The position numbers and the translations under genes were made by a program. The notes under the pieces were generated by a model. It made no database searches. It had not been told where the DNA came from and was given only the letters and a program-made list of their open reading frames with translations. From contig CATNEN010000033.1 of the NCBI GenBank assembly GCA_950097015.1, positions 4,216,001 to 4,280,000 of the forward strand: a DNA stretch of 64,000 nt, given 5' to 3'. This DNA comes from Macrostomum hystrix. Its lineage: Eukaryota; Animalia; Platyhelminthes. Below are positions 1 to 12,312 of the stretch, in pieces; positions within the stretch are counted from its first letter, which is position 1, and the number at the start of each line of letters is the position of its first letter.

Positions 1-972
1 AGACAAGAGAGTAGACTAGGAGATGGTAGACAAGAGAGTAGACTAGGAGATGGTAGACAAGAGAGTAGACTAGGAGATGGTAGACAAGAGAGTAGACTAG
101 GAGATGGTAGACAAGAGAGTAGACTAGGAGATGGTAGACAAGAGAGTATACTAGGAGATGGTAGACAAGAGAGTAGACTAGGAGATGGTAGACAAGAGAG
201 TAGACTAGGAGATGGTAGACAAGAGAGTAGACTAGGAGATGGTAGACAAGAGAGTAGACTAGGAGATGGTAGACAAGAGAGTAGACTAGGAGATGGTAGA
301 CAAGAGAGTAGACTAGGAGATGGTAGACAAGAGAGTAGACTAGGAGATGGTAGACAAGAGAGTAGACTAGGAGATGGTAGACAAGAGAGTAGACTAGGAG
401 ATGGTAGACAAGAGAGTAGACTAGGAGATGGTAGACAAGAGAGTATACTAGGAGATGGTAGACAAGAGAGTAGACTAGGAGATGGTAGACAAGAGAGTAG
501 ACTAGGAGATGGTAGACAAGAGAGTTGACTAGGAGATGGTAGACAAGAGAGTAGACTGGTAGATGGTAGGCAAGAGAGTAGACTAGGAGATGGTAGACAA
601 GAGAGTAGACTAGGAGATGGTAGACAAGAGAGTAGACTAGGAGATGGTAGACAAGAGAGTAGACTAGGAGATGGTAGACAAGAGAGTAGACTAGGAGATG
701 GTAGACAAGAGAGTAGACTAGGAGATGGTAGACAAGAGAGTAGACTAGGAGATGGTAGACAATAGAGTAGACTAGTAGATGGTAGACAAGAGAGTAGACT
801 AGGAGATGGTAGACAAGAGAGTAGACTAGAAGATGGTAGACAAGAGAGTAGACTGGTAGATGGTAGACAAGAGAGTAGACTGGTAGATGGTAGGCAAGAG
901 AATAGACTAGTAGATGGTAGACAAGAGAGTAGACTAGAAGATGGTAGACAAGAGAATAGACTAGGAGATGGT
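1..972. repeat. 27-bp minisatellite (AGACAAGAGAGTAGACTAGGAGATGGT)n, ~36 copies, runs off the window start
   Basis: Unit recurs at positions 1, 28, 55 and onward with few substitutions; ends at about 972. Confidence 0.97.
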
Positions 973-1202
973 GGTAAAGTCTTTCTGAAAGAGACAATTG
1001 AGTAGTGTGCTCACCGACTCCACAGGAGCCACACCGCCGCCGCCGGTCAGACCGACACTCCGGCGCAGTAGGCCGGTTACCCGGTTCGACAATGAGGCCA
1101 GCCAGCCCTTGGGCTCCAGACTCGACGACTCCGAGACCTCGTCGCAGTCGGGCCAGCGATGCGAGGCCTCCAGGTCCGACCACTCAAGGTCGGAGCCATA
1201 GA

Positions 1203-1236
<34 letters not shown>

Positions 1237-2184
1237 GGCGTCTAACGCTGAATCCGTTTCGATAGGATCTTCATAGCCTGAACTGCCGAATCCCACCTGA
1301 GCTGGGGCGATACCTGACGCTCCACCTGAGCTGCCGAATCCCACCTGAGCTGGGGCGATACCTGACGCTCCACCTGAGCTGCCGAATCCCACTTGAGCTG
1401 GGGCGATACCTGACGCTCCACCTGAGCTGCCGAATCCCACTTGAGCTGGGGCGATACCTGACGCTCCACCTGAGCTGCCGAATCCCACTTGAGCTGGGGC
1501 GATACCTGACGCTCCACCTGAGCTGCCGAATCCCACTTGAGCTGGGGCGATACCTGACGCTCCACCTGAGCTGCCGAATCCCACTTGAGCTGGGGCGATA
1601 CCTGACGCTCCACCAGAGCTGCCGAATCCCACTTGAGCTGGGGCGATACCTGACGCTCCACCTGAGCTGCCGAATCCCACTTGAGCTGGGGCGATACCTG
1701 ACGCTCCACCAGAGCTGCCGAATCCCACTTGAGCTTGGCCGATACCTGACGCTCCACCTGAGATGCCCAATCCTACCTGAGCTGGGCCGATACCTGACGC
1801 TCCACCTGAGCTGCCGAATCCCACTTGAGCAGCTGGCATGGCAGTCGCCACCGAGTTGAATCCTGTTCCAGCATTGCTGGTTGTCACTTTAATTGGAGCC
1901 TGGCTGTGAACTGTAATTGGAACACTGGAGTCCCAGCTCTCCGTTGCCTGTGGCGGATTCGGCGCATCCCAGACGCCATCGGCTAGCTGCTGTTGAACGG
2001 CCACTTCTGTCCGTTCTCTGATGACGCCGCTAAAACCTGTCTTCTTGAAGCCGAAACCATGGTGTCTCACTGGGATCTCTTGACCTTCTTCCGATTCGTC
2101 GTCAATCGAGTTGTCATTTTCACCATTAGCATCGTCTTCTAGCTGTATGTTGCTACCGCAACCAAAGCCCCTGCGGCATGCTTT

Positions 2185-2221
<37 letters not shown>

Positions 2222-5200
2222 ACGGGTGCACTGCTAGCGGCGCCGAAGCCTCTCTTCTTGAAGCCGAATCCATGCTGCTTCACGGGAACCTCCTGATCCT
2301 CCTCTGTTTGGTTATCATCCGCATTGTCCTCGTTCCCACCTACTTCTTCCACTTGCTGTGCAATCAGGGGCTTACTACCGAAGCCCCGATGGAGCGGCGG
2401 CTGCTGCTGCTGGTGATTGAGACTTTTCTGCTGTCCGGTGGAAATTTCCGTTGACTGAGAGACGGTGACAGGCGTCCAGCCAGTTTTATTCTGCGGCTGC
2501 GGCTGGCCGATGTGCCCGGCGGAAGCCGAGACTCCGAAGCCCTTCCGCTTGACCTGCACTGCAGCCGCCTGCTGATGCTGCTGATGATATTGATAAAGGC
2601 CTGCCGAGCTAGACGATTCGACAGCAGCAACAACTGGTTGCTGCTTCGCTGGCGAATCCCAGTTTTCGCCCCCGCCTCCGTCATTTTGGGACGGGTCTTG
2701 AATGTGCTCAGCCTGTACCGAATACTTGGATGCTGCTCCAAATCCGCATCTTCGCACAGCCTGCACGGCAGATCCGCAGCAGCTAAAATGATTCTCAGCA
2801 GAGTCGGCGCCGGTGCTCTGCTGCTCAACCTGAACTACCTGAACCAAGCTGGAGGACTGGCTGTGACCGCCGCCGAAGCCAAGCCGCCCTTGTTGAACAG
2901 TCACCGGCTGCGACTCGCCCACGTCACCGGCGGGCGTCGGCGATGCAGCCCGACTCCGCCTTCGGGCTGCGTCCCACTGGCGCTCCTGCACCCGACGCGC
3001 CTCGCAGCGACTCTCTGCCGCCTGCCAGGACCGTCGTGCTTCGCCGAAAGACAACGAAGTCGATTCTATTGGAGTTGGCGATTTCGCTGGCGACGGCGGA
3101 GACTGGCGTCGAAAAGCGACGTGACGCTGCTGGTGCTGCTGATGATTATGTTGAGTTTTGTTATCATCATGAGAGTCGGTCGGGGGCTGCAGGAACACCA
3201 TGCGATAAAGGCCATTGTCCAGTGGATGCAGCACAGCTGGGGCGGTCTGTGGCTGATTTCTGGTGCCGCTGCTGCTGCTGTTGCTGCCACTGCTGGCAAT
3301 GAAAGCTGTGTTAAGCTGTTCTTGAACTGACTCAGTTGGCTGCTGCCAGCGTCCGTGACTGTGGCAGTGACCATCAGGTTGCACTGTCAGCAGCTGAGCA
3401 TCCACAGAGGCGGGCCGGTTGCCGCGTCCGTCTGAGTAATCATGCGGATAGCGGAATCATTGTCATTTTAACAAAACTTAAGCCTTTTTCCTTTATTGTC
3501 TTTCTTTGGATAATCTCATCTACCTTGACTTTGATTACCCATTAATCTCAACTTTTGATTACCCATCTACCTCAACTTTTGATTATTCATCTACCTCAAC
3601 TTTTGATTACCCATCTACCTCAACTTTTAATTACCCATCTACCTCAACTTTTGATTAGCCATCTACCTCAACTTTTGATTATTCATCTACCTCAACTTTT
3701 AATTACCCATCTACCTCAACTTTTAATTACCCATCTACCTCAACTTTTAATTACCCATCTACCTCAACTTTTAATTACCCATCTACCTCAACTTTTAATT
3801 ACCCATCTACCTCAACTTTGATTAGCCATCTACCTCAAATTTGATTAGCCATCTACCTCAACTTTAATTACCCATCTACCTCAAATTTGATTAGCCATCT
3901 ACCTCAACTTTGATTACCCATCTACCTCAACTTTTAATTACCCATCTACCTCAACTTTTAATTACCCATCTACCTCAAATTTGATTAGCCATCTACCTCA
4001 ACTTTAATTACCCATCTACCTCAACTTTTAATTACCCATCTACCTCAACTTTGATTAGCCAGCAACCTCAACTTTGATTAGCCATCTACCTCAACTTTAA
4101 TTACCCATCTACCTCAACTTTTAATTACCCATCTACCTCAACTTTGATTAGCCAGCAACCTCAACTTTGATTAGCCATCTACCTCAACTTTAATTACCCA
4201 TCTACCTCAAATTTGATTAGCCATCTACCTCAACTTTAATTACCCATCTACCTCAACTTTGATTAGCCATCTACCTCAAATTTGATTAGCCATCTACCTC
4301 AACTTTGATTAGCCATCTACCTCAACTTTGATTAGCCATCTACCTCAACTTTGATTAGCCATCTACCTCAAATTTGATTAGCCATCTACCTCAACTTTAA
4401 TTACCCATCTACCTCAAATTTGATTAGCCATCTACCTCAACTTTGATTACCCATCTACCTCAACTTTTAATTACCCATCTACCTCAACTTTTAATTACCC
4501 ATCTACCTCAAATTTGATTAGCCATCTACCTCAACTTTAATTACCCATCTACCTCAACTTTGATTAGCCAGCAACCTCAACTTTGATTAGCCAGCAACCT
4601 CAACTTTGATTAGCCATCTACCTCAACTTTGATTAGCCATCTACCTCAACTTTGATTAGCCATCTACCTCAAATTTGATTAGCCATCTACCTCAACTTTA
4701 ATTACCCATCTACCTCAAATTTGATTAGCCATCTACCTCAACTTTGATTACCCATCTACCTCAACTTTTAATTACCCATCTACCTCAACTTTTAATTACC
4801 CATCTACCTCAAATTTGATTAGCCATCTACCTCAACTTTAATTACCCATCTACCTCAACTTTTAATTACCCATCTACCTCAACTTTGATTAGCCAGCAAC
4901 CTCAACTTTGATTAGCCATCTACCTCAACTTTTAATTACCCATCTACCTCAACTTTTAATTACCCATCTACCTCAACTTTTAATTACCCATCTACCTCAA
5001 CTTTTAATTACCCATCTACCTCAACTTTTAATTACCCATCTACCTCAACTTTTAATTACCCATCTACCTCAACTTTTAATTACCCATCTACCTCAACTTT
5101 TAATTACCCATCTACCTCAACTTTTAATTACCCATCTACCTCAACTTTTAATTACCCATCTACCTCAACTTTTAATTACCCATCTACCTCAACTTTGATT

Positions 5201-8200
5201 AGCCAGCAACCTCAACTTTGATTAGCCATCTACCTCAACTTTTAATTACCCATCTACCTCAACTTTGATTAGCCATCTACCTCAAATTTGATTAGCCATC
5301 TACCTCAACTTTAATTACCCATCTACCTCAAATTTGATTAGCCATCTACCTCAACTTTGATTACCCATCTACCTCAACTTTTAATTACCCATCTACCTCA
5401 ACTTTTAATTACCCATCTACCTCAAATTTGATTAGCCATCTACCTCAACTTTAATTACCCATCTACCTCAACTTTGATTAGCCAGCAACCTCAACTTTGA
5501 TTAGCCATCTACCTCAACTTTAATTACCCATCTACCTCAACTTTTAATTACCCATCTACCTCAACTTTGATTAGCCAGCAACCTCAACTTTGATTAGCCA
5601 TCTACCTCAACTTTAATTACCCATCTACCTCAAATTTGATTAGCCATCTACCTCAACTTTAATTACCCATCTACCTCAACTTTGATTAGCCATCTACCTC
5701 AACTTTGATTAGCCATGTACCTCAACTTTGATTAGCCAGCAACCTCAACTTTGATTAGCCATCTACCTCAACTTTGATTAGCCATCTACCTCAACTTTGA
5801 TTAGCCATCTACCTCAACTTTGATTAGCCAGCAACCTCAACTTTGATTAGCCATCTACCTCAACTTTGATTAGCCATCTACCTCAACTTTGATTAGCCAG
5901 CAACCTCAACTTTGATTAGCCATCTACCTCAACTTTGATTAGCCAGCAACCTCAACTTTGATTAGACAGCAACCTCAACTTTGATTAGCCAGCAACCTCA
6001 ACTTTGATTAGCCAGCAACCTCAACTTTGATTAGCCAGCAACCTCAACTTTGATTAGACAGCAACCTCAACTTTTAATTACCCATCTACCTCAACTTTGA
6101 TTAGCCATCTACCTCAACTTTTAATTACCCATCTACCTCAACTTTGATTAGCCATCTACCTCAACTTTTAATTACCCATCTACCTCAACTTTGATTAGCC
6201 ATCTACCTCAACTTTTAATTACCCATCTACCTCAACTTTGATTAGCCATCTACCTCAACTTTGATTAGCCAGCAACCTCAACTTTGATTAGCCAGCAACC
6301 TCAACTTTGATTAGCCAGCAACCTCAACTTTGATTAGCCATCTACCTCAACTTTGATTAGCCATCTACCTCAACTTTGATTACCCATCTACCTCAACTTT
6401 TAATTACCCATCTACCTCAACTTTGATTAGCCAGCAACCTCAACTTTGATTACGCATCTACCTCAACTTTGATTAGCCATCTACCTCAACTTTGATTAGC
6501 CATCTACCTCAACTTTGATTAGCCATCTACCTCAACTTTGATTACCCATCTACCTCAACTTTTAATTACCCATCTACCTCAACTTTGATTAGCCAGCAAC
6601 CTCAACTTTGATTACGCATCTACCTCAACTTTGATTAGCCATCTACCTCAACTTTGATTAGCCATCTACCTCAACTTTGATTAGCCATCTACCTCAACTT
6701 TGATTACCCATCTACCTCAACTTTTAATTACCCATCTACCTCAACTTTGATTAGCCATCTACCTCAACTTTGAATAGCCATCTACCTCAACTTTGATTAG
6801 CCATCTACCTCAACTTTGATTAGCCATCTACCTCAACTTTGATTAGCCATCTACCTCAACTTTGATTAGCCATCTACCTCAACTTTGATTTGCCATCTAC
6901 CTCAACTTTGATTAGCCATCTACCTCAACTTTGATTAGCCATCTACCTCAACTTTGATTAGCCAGCAACCTCAAATTTGATTAGCCAGCAACCTCAAATT
7001 TGATTAGCCATCTACCTCAACTTTGATTAGCCATCTACCTCAACTTTGATTAGCCAGCAACCTCAAATTTGATTAGCCAGCAACCTCAAATTTGATTAGC
7101 CATCTACCTCAACTTTGATTAGCCATCTACCTCAACTTTGATTAGCCATCTACCTCAACTTTGATTAGCCATCTACCTCAACTTTTAATTACCCATCTAC
7201 CTCAACTTTGATTAGCCATCTACCTCAACTTTGAATAGCCATCTACCTCAACTTTGATTAGCCATCTACCTCAACTTTGATTAGCCATCTACCTCAACTT
7301 TGATTAGCCATCTACCTCAACTTTGATTAGCCATCTACCTCAACTTTGATTAGCCATCTACCTCAACTTTGATTACCCATCTACCTCAACTTTTAATTAC
7401 CCATCTACCTCAACTTTGATTAGCCATCTACCTCAACTTTGAATAGCCATCTACCTCAACTTTGATTAGCCATCTACCTCAACTTTGATTAGCCATCTAC
7501 CTCAACTTTGATTAGCCATCTACCTCAACTTTGATTAGCCATCTACCTCAACTTTGATTTGCCATCTACCTCAACTTTGATTAGCCATCTACCTCAACTT
7601 TGATTAGCCATCTACCTCAACTTTGATTAGCCAGCAACCTCAAATTTGATTAGCCAGCAACCTCAAATTTGATTAGCCATCTACCTCAACTTTGATTAGC
7701 CATCTACCTCAACTTTGATTAGCCAGCAACCTCAAATTTGATTAGCCAGCAACCTCAAATTTGATTAGCCATCTACCTCAACTTTGATTAGCCATCTACC
7801 TCAACTTTGATTAGCCATCTACCTCAACTTTGATTAGCCATCTACCTCAACTTTGATTAGCCAGCAACCTCAACTTTGATTAGCCAGCAACCTCAACTTT
7901 GATTAGCCATCTACCTCAACTTTGATTAGCCATCTACAATACGAGTAGTGAGAAGCCAGTGTGAGAACTAATATCCAGCAACTCGAAATCTGCAGTCGGG
8001 AATTGCTCACCTAGATTCAGAGCTCTACGCGCCGAATGAGAATTCGGCAACAAGACGCGGCAGGTGGTTGGCACCGGATCATTTGGCGAGAATTTCACCG
8101 GAGTGCTATCCATAGGCTCAGCTGCTGCTGCCGACTGCTCGAATCGGTGAATCAATCGGTTCACAGAAGGACTCGGTCGACTAGCTGCGGCAGCCACAGG

Positions 8201-11200
8201 ACGGACCGGCTCGCTGCGGCGGGTCTATTATGGGGCAGCCGGGAATGTGGCGGTAGTTCCATTGCGGAGCTGGTGGATTGGAAAGTCAATTAAAAGCAAC
8301 TCACAGTTCGCTTCGCAGTCGGCGGCAACGGTGGCCGACGGCTGTCAGCGGAGGCGGCTCGAGTGGCTGGTTTTTGACAGCGATCATAATTGTTGTTCTC
8401 GTCAACAGCGAGGCGGACTTTAGCCGAGTAGCCGCCGCCGTTGCTGGCCGCCCTGATGAGGTCGATGGTTTCGGAGGCCGGGCCAGTTTCGGACCAGGGC
8501 GGATCCAAGCAGGTCCGATGACCGGCCGGCTTGAAGCCCGAGGAGCCGGGTGCGGAGGCGCTTGACCAGCTGTGGCAGCGACGGCGTCGGCTGTGGCGGA
8601 GACCGCTGCTGCTGCTGCTGGTGCTGCGCTGGCGCTGCTGTTGCTGACTGTTGCTAAGCAGCCGGGGCGAGAACGCCGGCCGAGACGGAGACCAGCTGCG
8701 CCGTTCAGGCGGCGGCACGGCGGCCAGCTCGAGATAGTCGCGACGACTTAGCCGGCTTCTCGGTAGCTCTCGGCGAGTGGCCTCTCGGTTCGGCTGGGCC
8801 TCTTCACTCGAGCTGCCATTTTCACTGCCTTCGTCTTGTTCGTCGTCTGTGGCCAGAAGGATCTCGGTGGCCAGGCTGGAGACATTAGTCAGGTCCTGCG
8901 AGACCCGCTGTGGCTGGTGCTGGCGGCGCGGCCGCTGCTGGTAGCGATGACCTGGCGAGGCTGGTGATGATTGAATAGTGAATTGTATGAGTTATAGGCT
9001 GCATTCATTCTCTCCTTCCTAAGTTCCTAAGAGTCCTGAAGTCACGTGACCTTTTATCAATAGCCAGCTTGAAGTCACGTGACCTCTTTATTTCCTTATC
9101 ACGTCTATCTACCTTAATTTGCCCGGTGGGGGTCACGAGATCCATCAGTCCATTTAATCAACAAAAAAAACAGGTAGCACAAGTTGGACTGAAATAATTT
9201 AACAACAATGTGCCAGCAAACAACAATATTCCTACCTGCAGCAGCAGCTGCGGCAGCGGGCCCCCGAACCTCGTCGCGCAGCAAGTCACCGGCAGGCTGT
9301 CGCCGAAAACTCCGACTTGGCTGCGACGACGACTGCCAGCCGTCCCAATGAGCGCCGCAGTAGCCGTACACCAGAAACCGACAGACAGTGTCCAACGGAG
9401 GCCTGCGGTGAGGCTCGGGCAGTACGGCAGACAACACGAGCTGCTGCAGCGACTCAGGCAGGTGAGCATCTCGCCAGCGGTCCAGCCAATCGGAGCAACG
9501 CTGACTGAGTCGGCGTCGAATGTCCGACCCGGTGCGGGCGCTCTCGTGCGGCACCTGGCAATGGAATCAGCCCACGGCTTGTTCGATTCCCGAGTCGATT
9601 CCAACAAAAACTAAACTTCAACATGTGCAATCACACCGCAATGGGATATTACAGTCGGAGTATGAAACTCCACACAGACGGGAATCTGCCAAGAAAACTG
9701 CCCAATAATCCGGTCGATTCCTGCTGCGATACCGCTAACTTCAATGCATAGAGATTCATATCAATTCACCTCTTAGTGAGCCACAAAAAGTCCAAGCAAA
9801 AAACTGGAATCTTTAAGGACTCGTGGGCCTATTTTGTGTCCTGAAAGACGTCAGGGGTTCGATTCGGGAAACAGAGTCTCTGCAAATCCAGGCTTCTAAA
9901 TCCTCAGAACTCACCCGCATGGTCCACATCTCCCAGGCTACAACGCCGAGTCCGTAGACATCGGCAGCGGGGGTGGCCGGCAGTCGGTTGAGCAGCTCCG
10001 GAGCCAGCCAGTTAACAACGGCTCTGTAGCCATCGTTGAACGAAGCGAACGAGCACCTTGAAACCGAGTCGCTGCCGCTGACTGCGTACTCCAGGCAGCC
10101 CAGCTTGGCCAATGCGGGTGACACCAGGTGAATAGAGTGCGAGCTGACCGCAGTGTGAACAACGCCGCAGGAGTGCAGGAAGCCGAGGGCCTCGCCGATC
10201 TGACGCAGGTAGGCGTACCGGCTGACATTGTCTAAGGGCTCGCGGCGCACGTGCAGATGGTGGTAGAGGGAGCCCAGACCGACTCGCTCGAATATCTGAA
10301 ATGGCGGTGAGCGACTTGGCCTCATTCTGGCATAAATGACCTGACACTGGAGAGTCTGACAGCTGGGATAAGCTCCAAATGTTCAATAATCGTCAGAAAT
10401 AGTATGATAAGATTCGGCATTTAGCACAAGGTGATAGAAATTAGAGCAACTCACCGGAGTCACAATGGGATAGGCGTGAGCCGAGTGTGTATCCACGCAC
10501 ACAGCCATCATGGTGAGTATGGCAGGGTGGCGCAATGAACAGGCGTTGGTCACCTCCCACACGGCCTGGTTCAGTACTAGGTACTTCACATGCGCCCCGT
10601 TAGCCACGTCGACGTAGTGTCGATTCAGCTGGCGAACCGACACAGCTGTGTTGCGCCAGGTCATGCTGAGCAGTTAAAAAATTATTATAGGCGATACGTG
10701 CGAATTTCTGGTGGAGTTCAGATACGAAAAATACTTTTGAGCACCAACTAAGCGTGTAAGGGAACAGGTGGACCAATCCTACATAGAGGAAGGGGGACAG
10801 GCGGACCAATCCTACAGAGGGGTAAGGGGGACAGGCGGACCAATCCTACAGAGGGGTAAGGGGGACAGGTGGACCAATCCTACATAGAGGAAGGGGGACA
10901 GGTGGACCAATCCTACATAGAGGAAGGGGGACAGGCGGACCAATCCTACAGAGGGGTAAGGGGGACAGGTGGACCAATCCTACATAGAGGAAGGGGGACA
11001 GGCGGACCAATCCTACAGAGGGGTAAGGGGGACAGGTGGACCAATCCTACATAGAGGAAGGGGGACAGGCGGACCAATCCTACAGAGGGGTAAGGGGGAC
11101 AGGTGGACCAATCCTACATAGAGGAAGGGGGACAGGCGGACCAATCCTACAGAGGGGTAAGGGGGACAGGCGGACCAATTCTGCAGACTGGCAGGTGGAC

Positions 11201-12312
11201 AGGTGTCCGCTCACCTGACAATGTCGGAGAACGCGCCGCACTTGTAAGCTCGGACCATAGCTGGGTCGCTCTTCAACTCATCCGTAGCCGCATTTACTAC
11301 AGGCAGGCCGCGCAGTAGGGCAGGCGCGCCGTCCACAATAGACACTGAGCCGAAGCCAGTCTCAATGACGTCCTGGCGCCAGTGGTCACGGCCAGGCTTG
11401 AGCTGGCCGCAGTTCACTAGGCGGTGAAAGCTAGCCCACTTCTTGTCTATGATATCGACTACTCGGTTACCGCGGGCCACGTCGAAGACTCGCTGACCAG
11501 CGGCATTGACCAGACTCAGATCAGCCCCGGAGGAGATCAGACGAGTCAGGACTCTAGCGTGGCCGCGGCTGGCTGCCGCGTGCAAGGGCGTGTTGCCCTG
11601 GCTGTTGGGCCTGAGGATGCAAGCCATCAAAAAGTGTGCTTTTGTTGTCAAATTTGTTCTTTTTTCAGAATTTTGAAACGTTGCCATTGCTCAACTAGCA
11701 ACGGAGTGTCCAAGACACTGTCGTGTCCAAGACACTGTGGTGTCAGAGACACTGTGGTGTCAGAGACACTGTGGTGTCAGAGACACTGTGGTGTCAGAGA
11801 CATTGTGGTGTCCAAGACATTGTGGTGTCCAAGACACTGGGGTGTCAGAGACACTGGGGTGTCCAAGACACTGGGGTGTCCACGACACTGGAGTCTCTTC
11901 ATTTTACCTGTGTCCTGTTCTATCTCTCCATTCAGGTGTCAATTAGACCTTAGTGTCTAGGACTGCTAGGCATAAATAATAAGAGGCCAGAACTTACAGA
12001 TTAGGCTTGGCGCCACTCCTCAGCAATAAGTCAACAATGTCTTCATGGCCATAGTAAGCTGCCACATATAGGGCTGTTTCTCCATTCTCATTTTCTGCAT
12101 TTGGATGCAGGCCTATTATATTTTTTGAAGATCAGTTTAATTGTTGTATGTAAAAAATAATACCTTTTTATTATATCATTATAAATATTACAAATAAAAC
12201 AAAAAGTAACACAAAATTGATTCATACCTCTGACAAGATCTCTTTGAAGGGCAGCAATATCTCTGTTTATTACATACTTCTGCAATGTTCCACCCCCATT
12301 GCAGGTGACCAT
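961..12312 (-). CDS. TEX14: TEX14-like protein (3 ankyrin repeats + inactive kinase domain + long low-complexity tail), about 1600 aa. Exons: 12312-12228, 12112-11998, 11610-11215, 10665-10455, 10295-9915, 9554-9236, 8960(or 8951)-8305, 8224-8011, 3431-1015 (or read-through to TAG at 963-961)
   Basis: All 8 introns are GT-AG with matching phases (1,2,2,0,0,1,0,1). N-terminus reads MVTCNGGGTLQKYV...GETALYVAAYYGHEDIVDLLLRSGAKPNLPNSQGNTPLHAAASRGH (ankyrins). Kinase fold reads MTWRNTAVSVRQLN...SLRHPAILTMMAVC...FERVGLGSLYHHLHVRR...LRQIGEALGFLHSCGVVHTAVSSHSIHLVSPALAKLGCLEY...NWLAPE...DVYGLGVVAWEMWT...PEPHRRP. This parallels vertebrate TEX14 as recalled ([56 protein letters not shown]). The last three exon junctions and the 3' end are less certain; a strong donor GTGAGC lies at 1014. 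Confidence 0.85.
1278..1829 (-). repeat. Coding 48-bp tandem repeat encoding about 11.5 copies of QVGFGSSGGASGIAPA in the TEX14-like tail
   Basis: In-frame 48-bp period inside the 814-aa ORF; the copies are near identical except the first two. Confidence 0.95.
3520..7937. repeat. 23/24-bp minisatellite (TTAGCCATCTACCTCAACTTTGA / TTACCCATCTACCTCAACTTTTAA), ~190 copies, filling TEX14-like intron 8
   Basis: Direct reading; the array lies between the acceptor at 3434-3432 and the donor at 8010. Confidence 0.97.
10758..11180. repeat. 33/34-bp minisatellite (GGGGGACAGG(T/C)GGACCAATCCTACA(TAGAGGAA/GAGGGGTAA)) in TEX14-like intron 3
   Basis: Two unit types, largely alternating; the overlapping DQSYIEEGGQ ORFs are artefacts. 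Confidence 0.95.
11706..11890. repeat. 17-bp minisatellite (AGACACTGTGGTGTCAG) in TEX14-like intron 2
   Basis: About 11 copies; each contains the inverted repeat GACAC-N4-GTGTC. Confidence 0.93.

Noticed and set aside
2512-3330. 272-aa plus-strand ORF and other ORFs overlapping the TEX14-like exon
   Set aside because: Antisense or alternate-frame shadows of a GC-rich coding exon, with no recognisable domain.
8270-8304. 35-nt intron using the acceptor at 8272-8270 in the TEX14-like gene
   Set aside because: It leads to TAA TAG after 13 codons, whereas the acceptor at 8227-8225 keeps the frame. It could still be a short alternative isoform, but this is unsupported.
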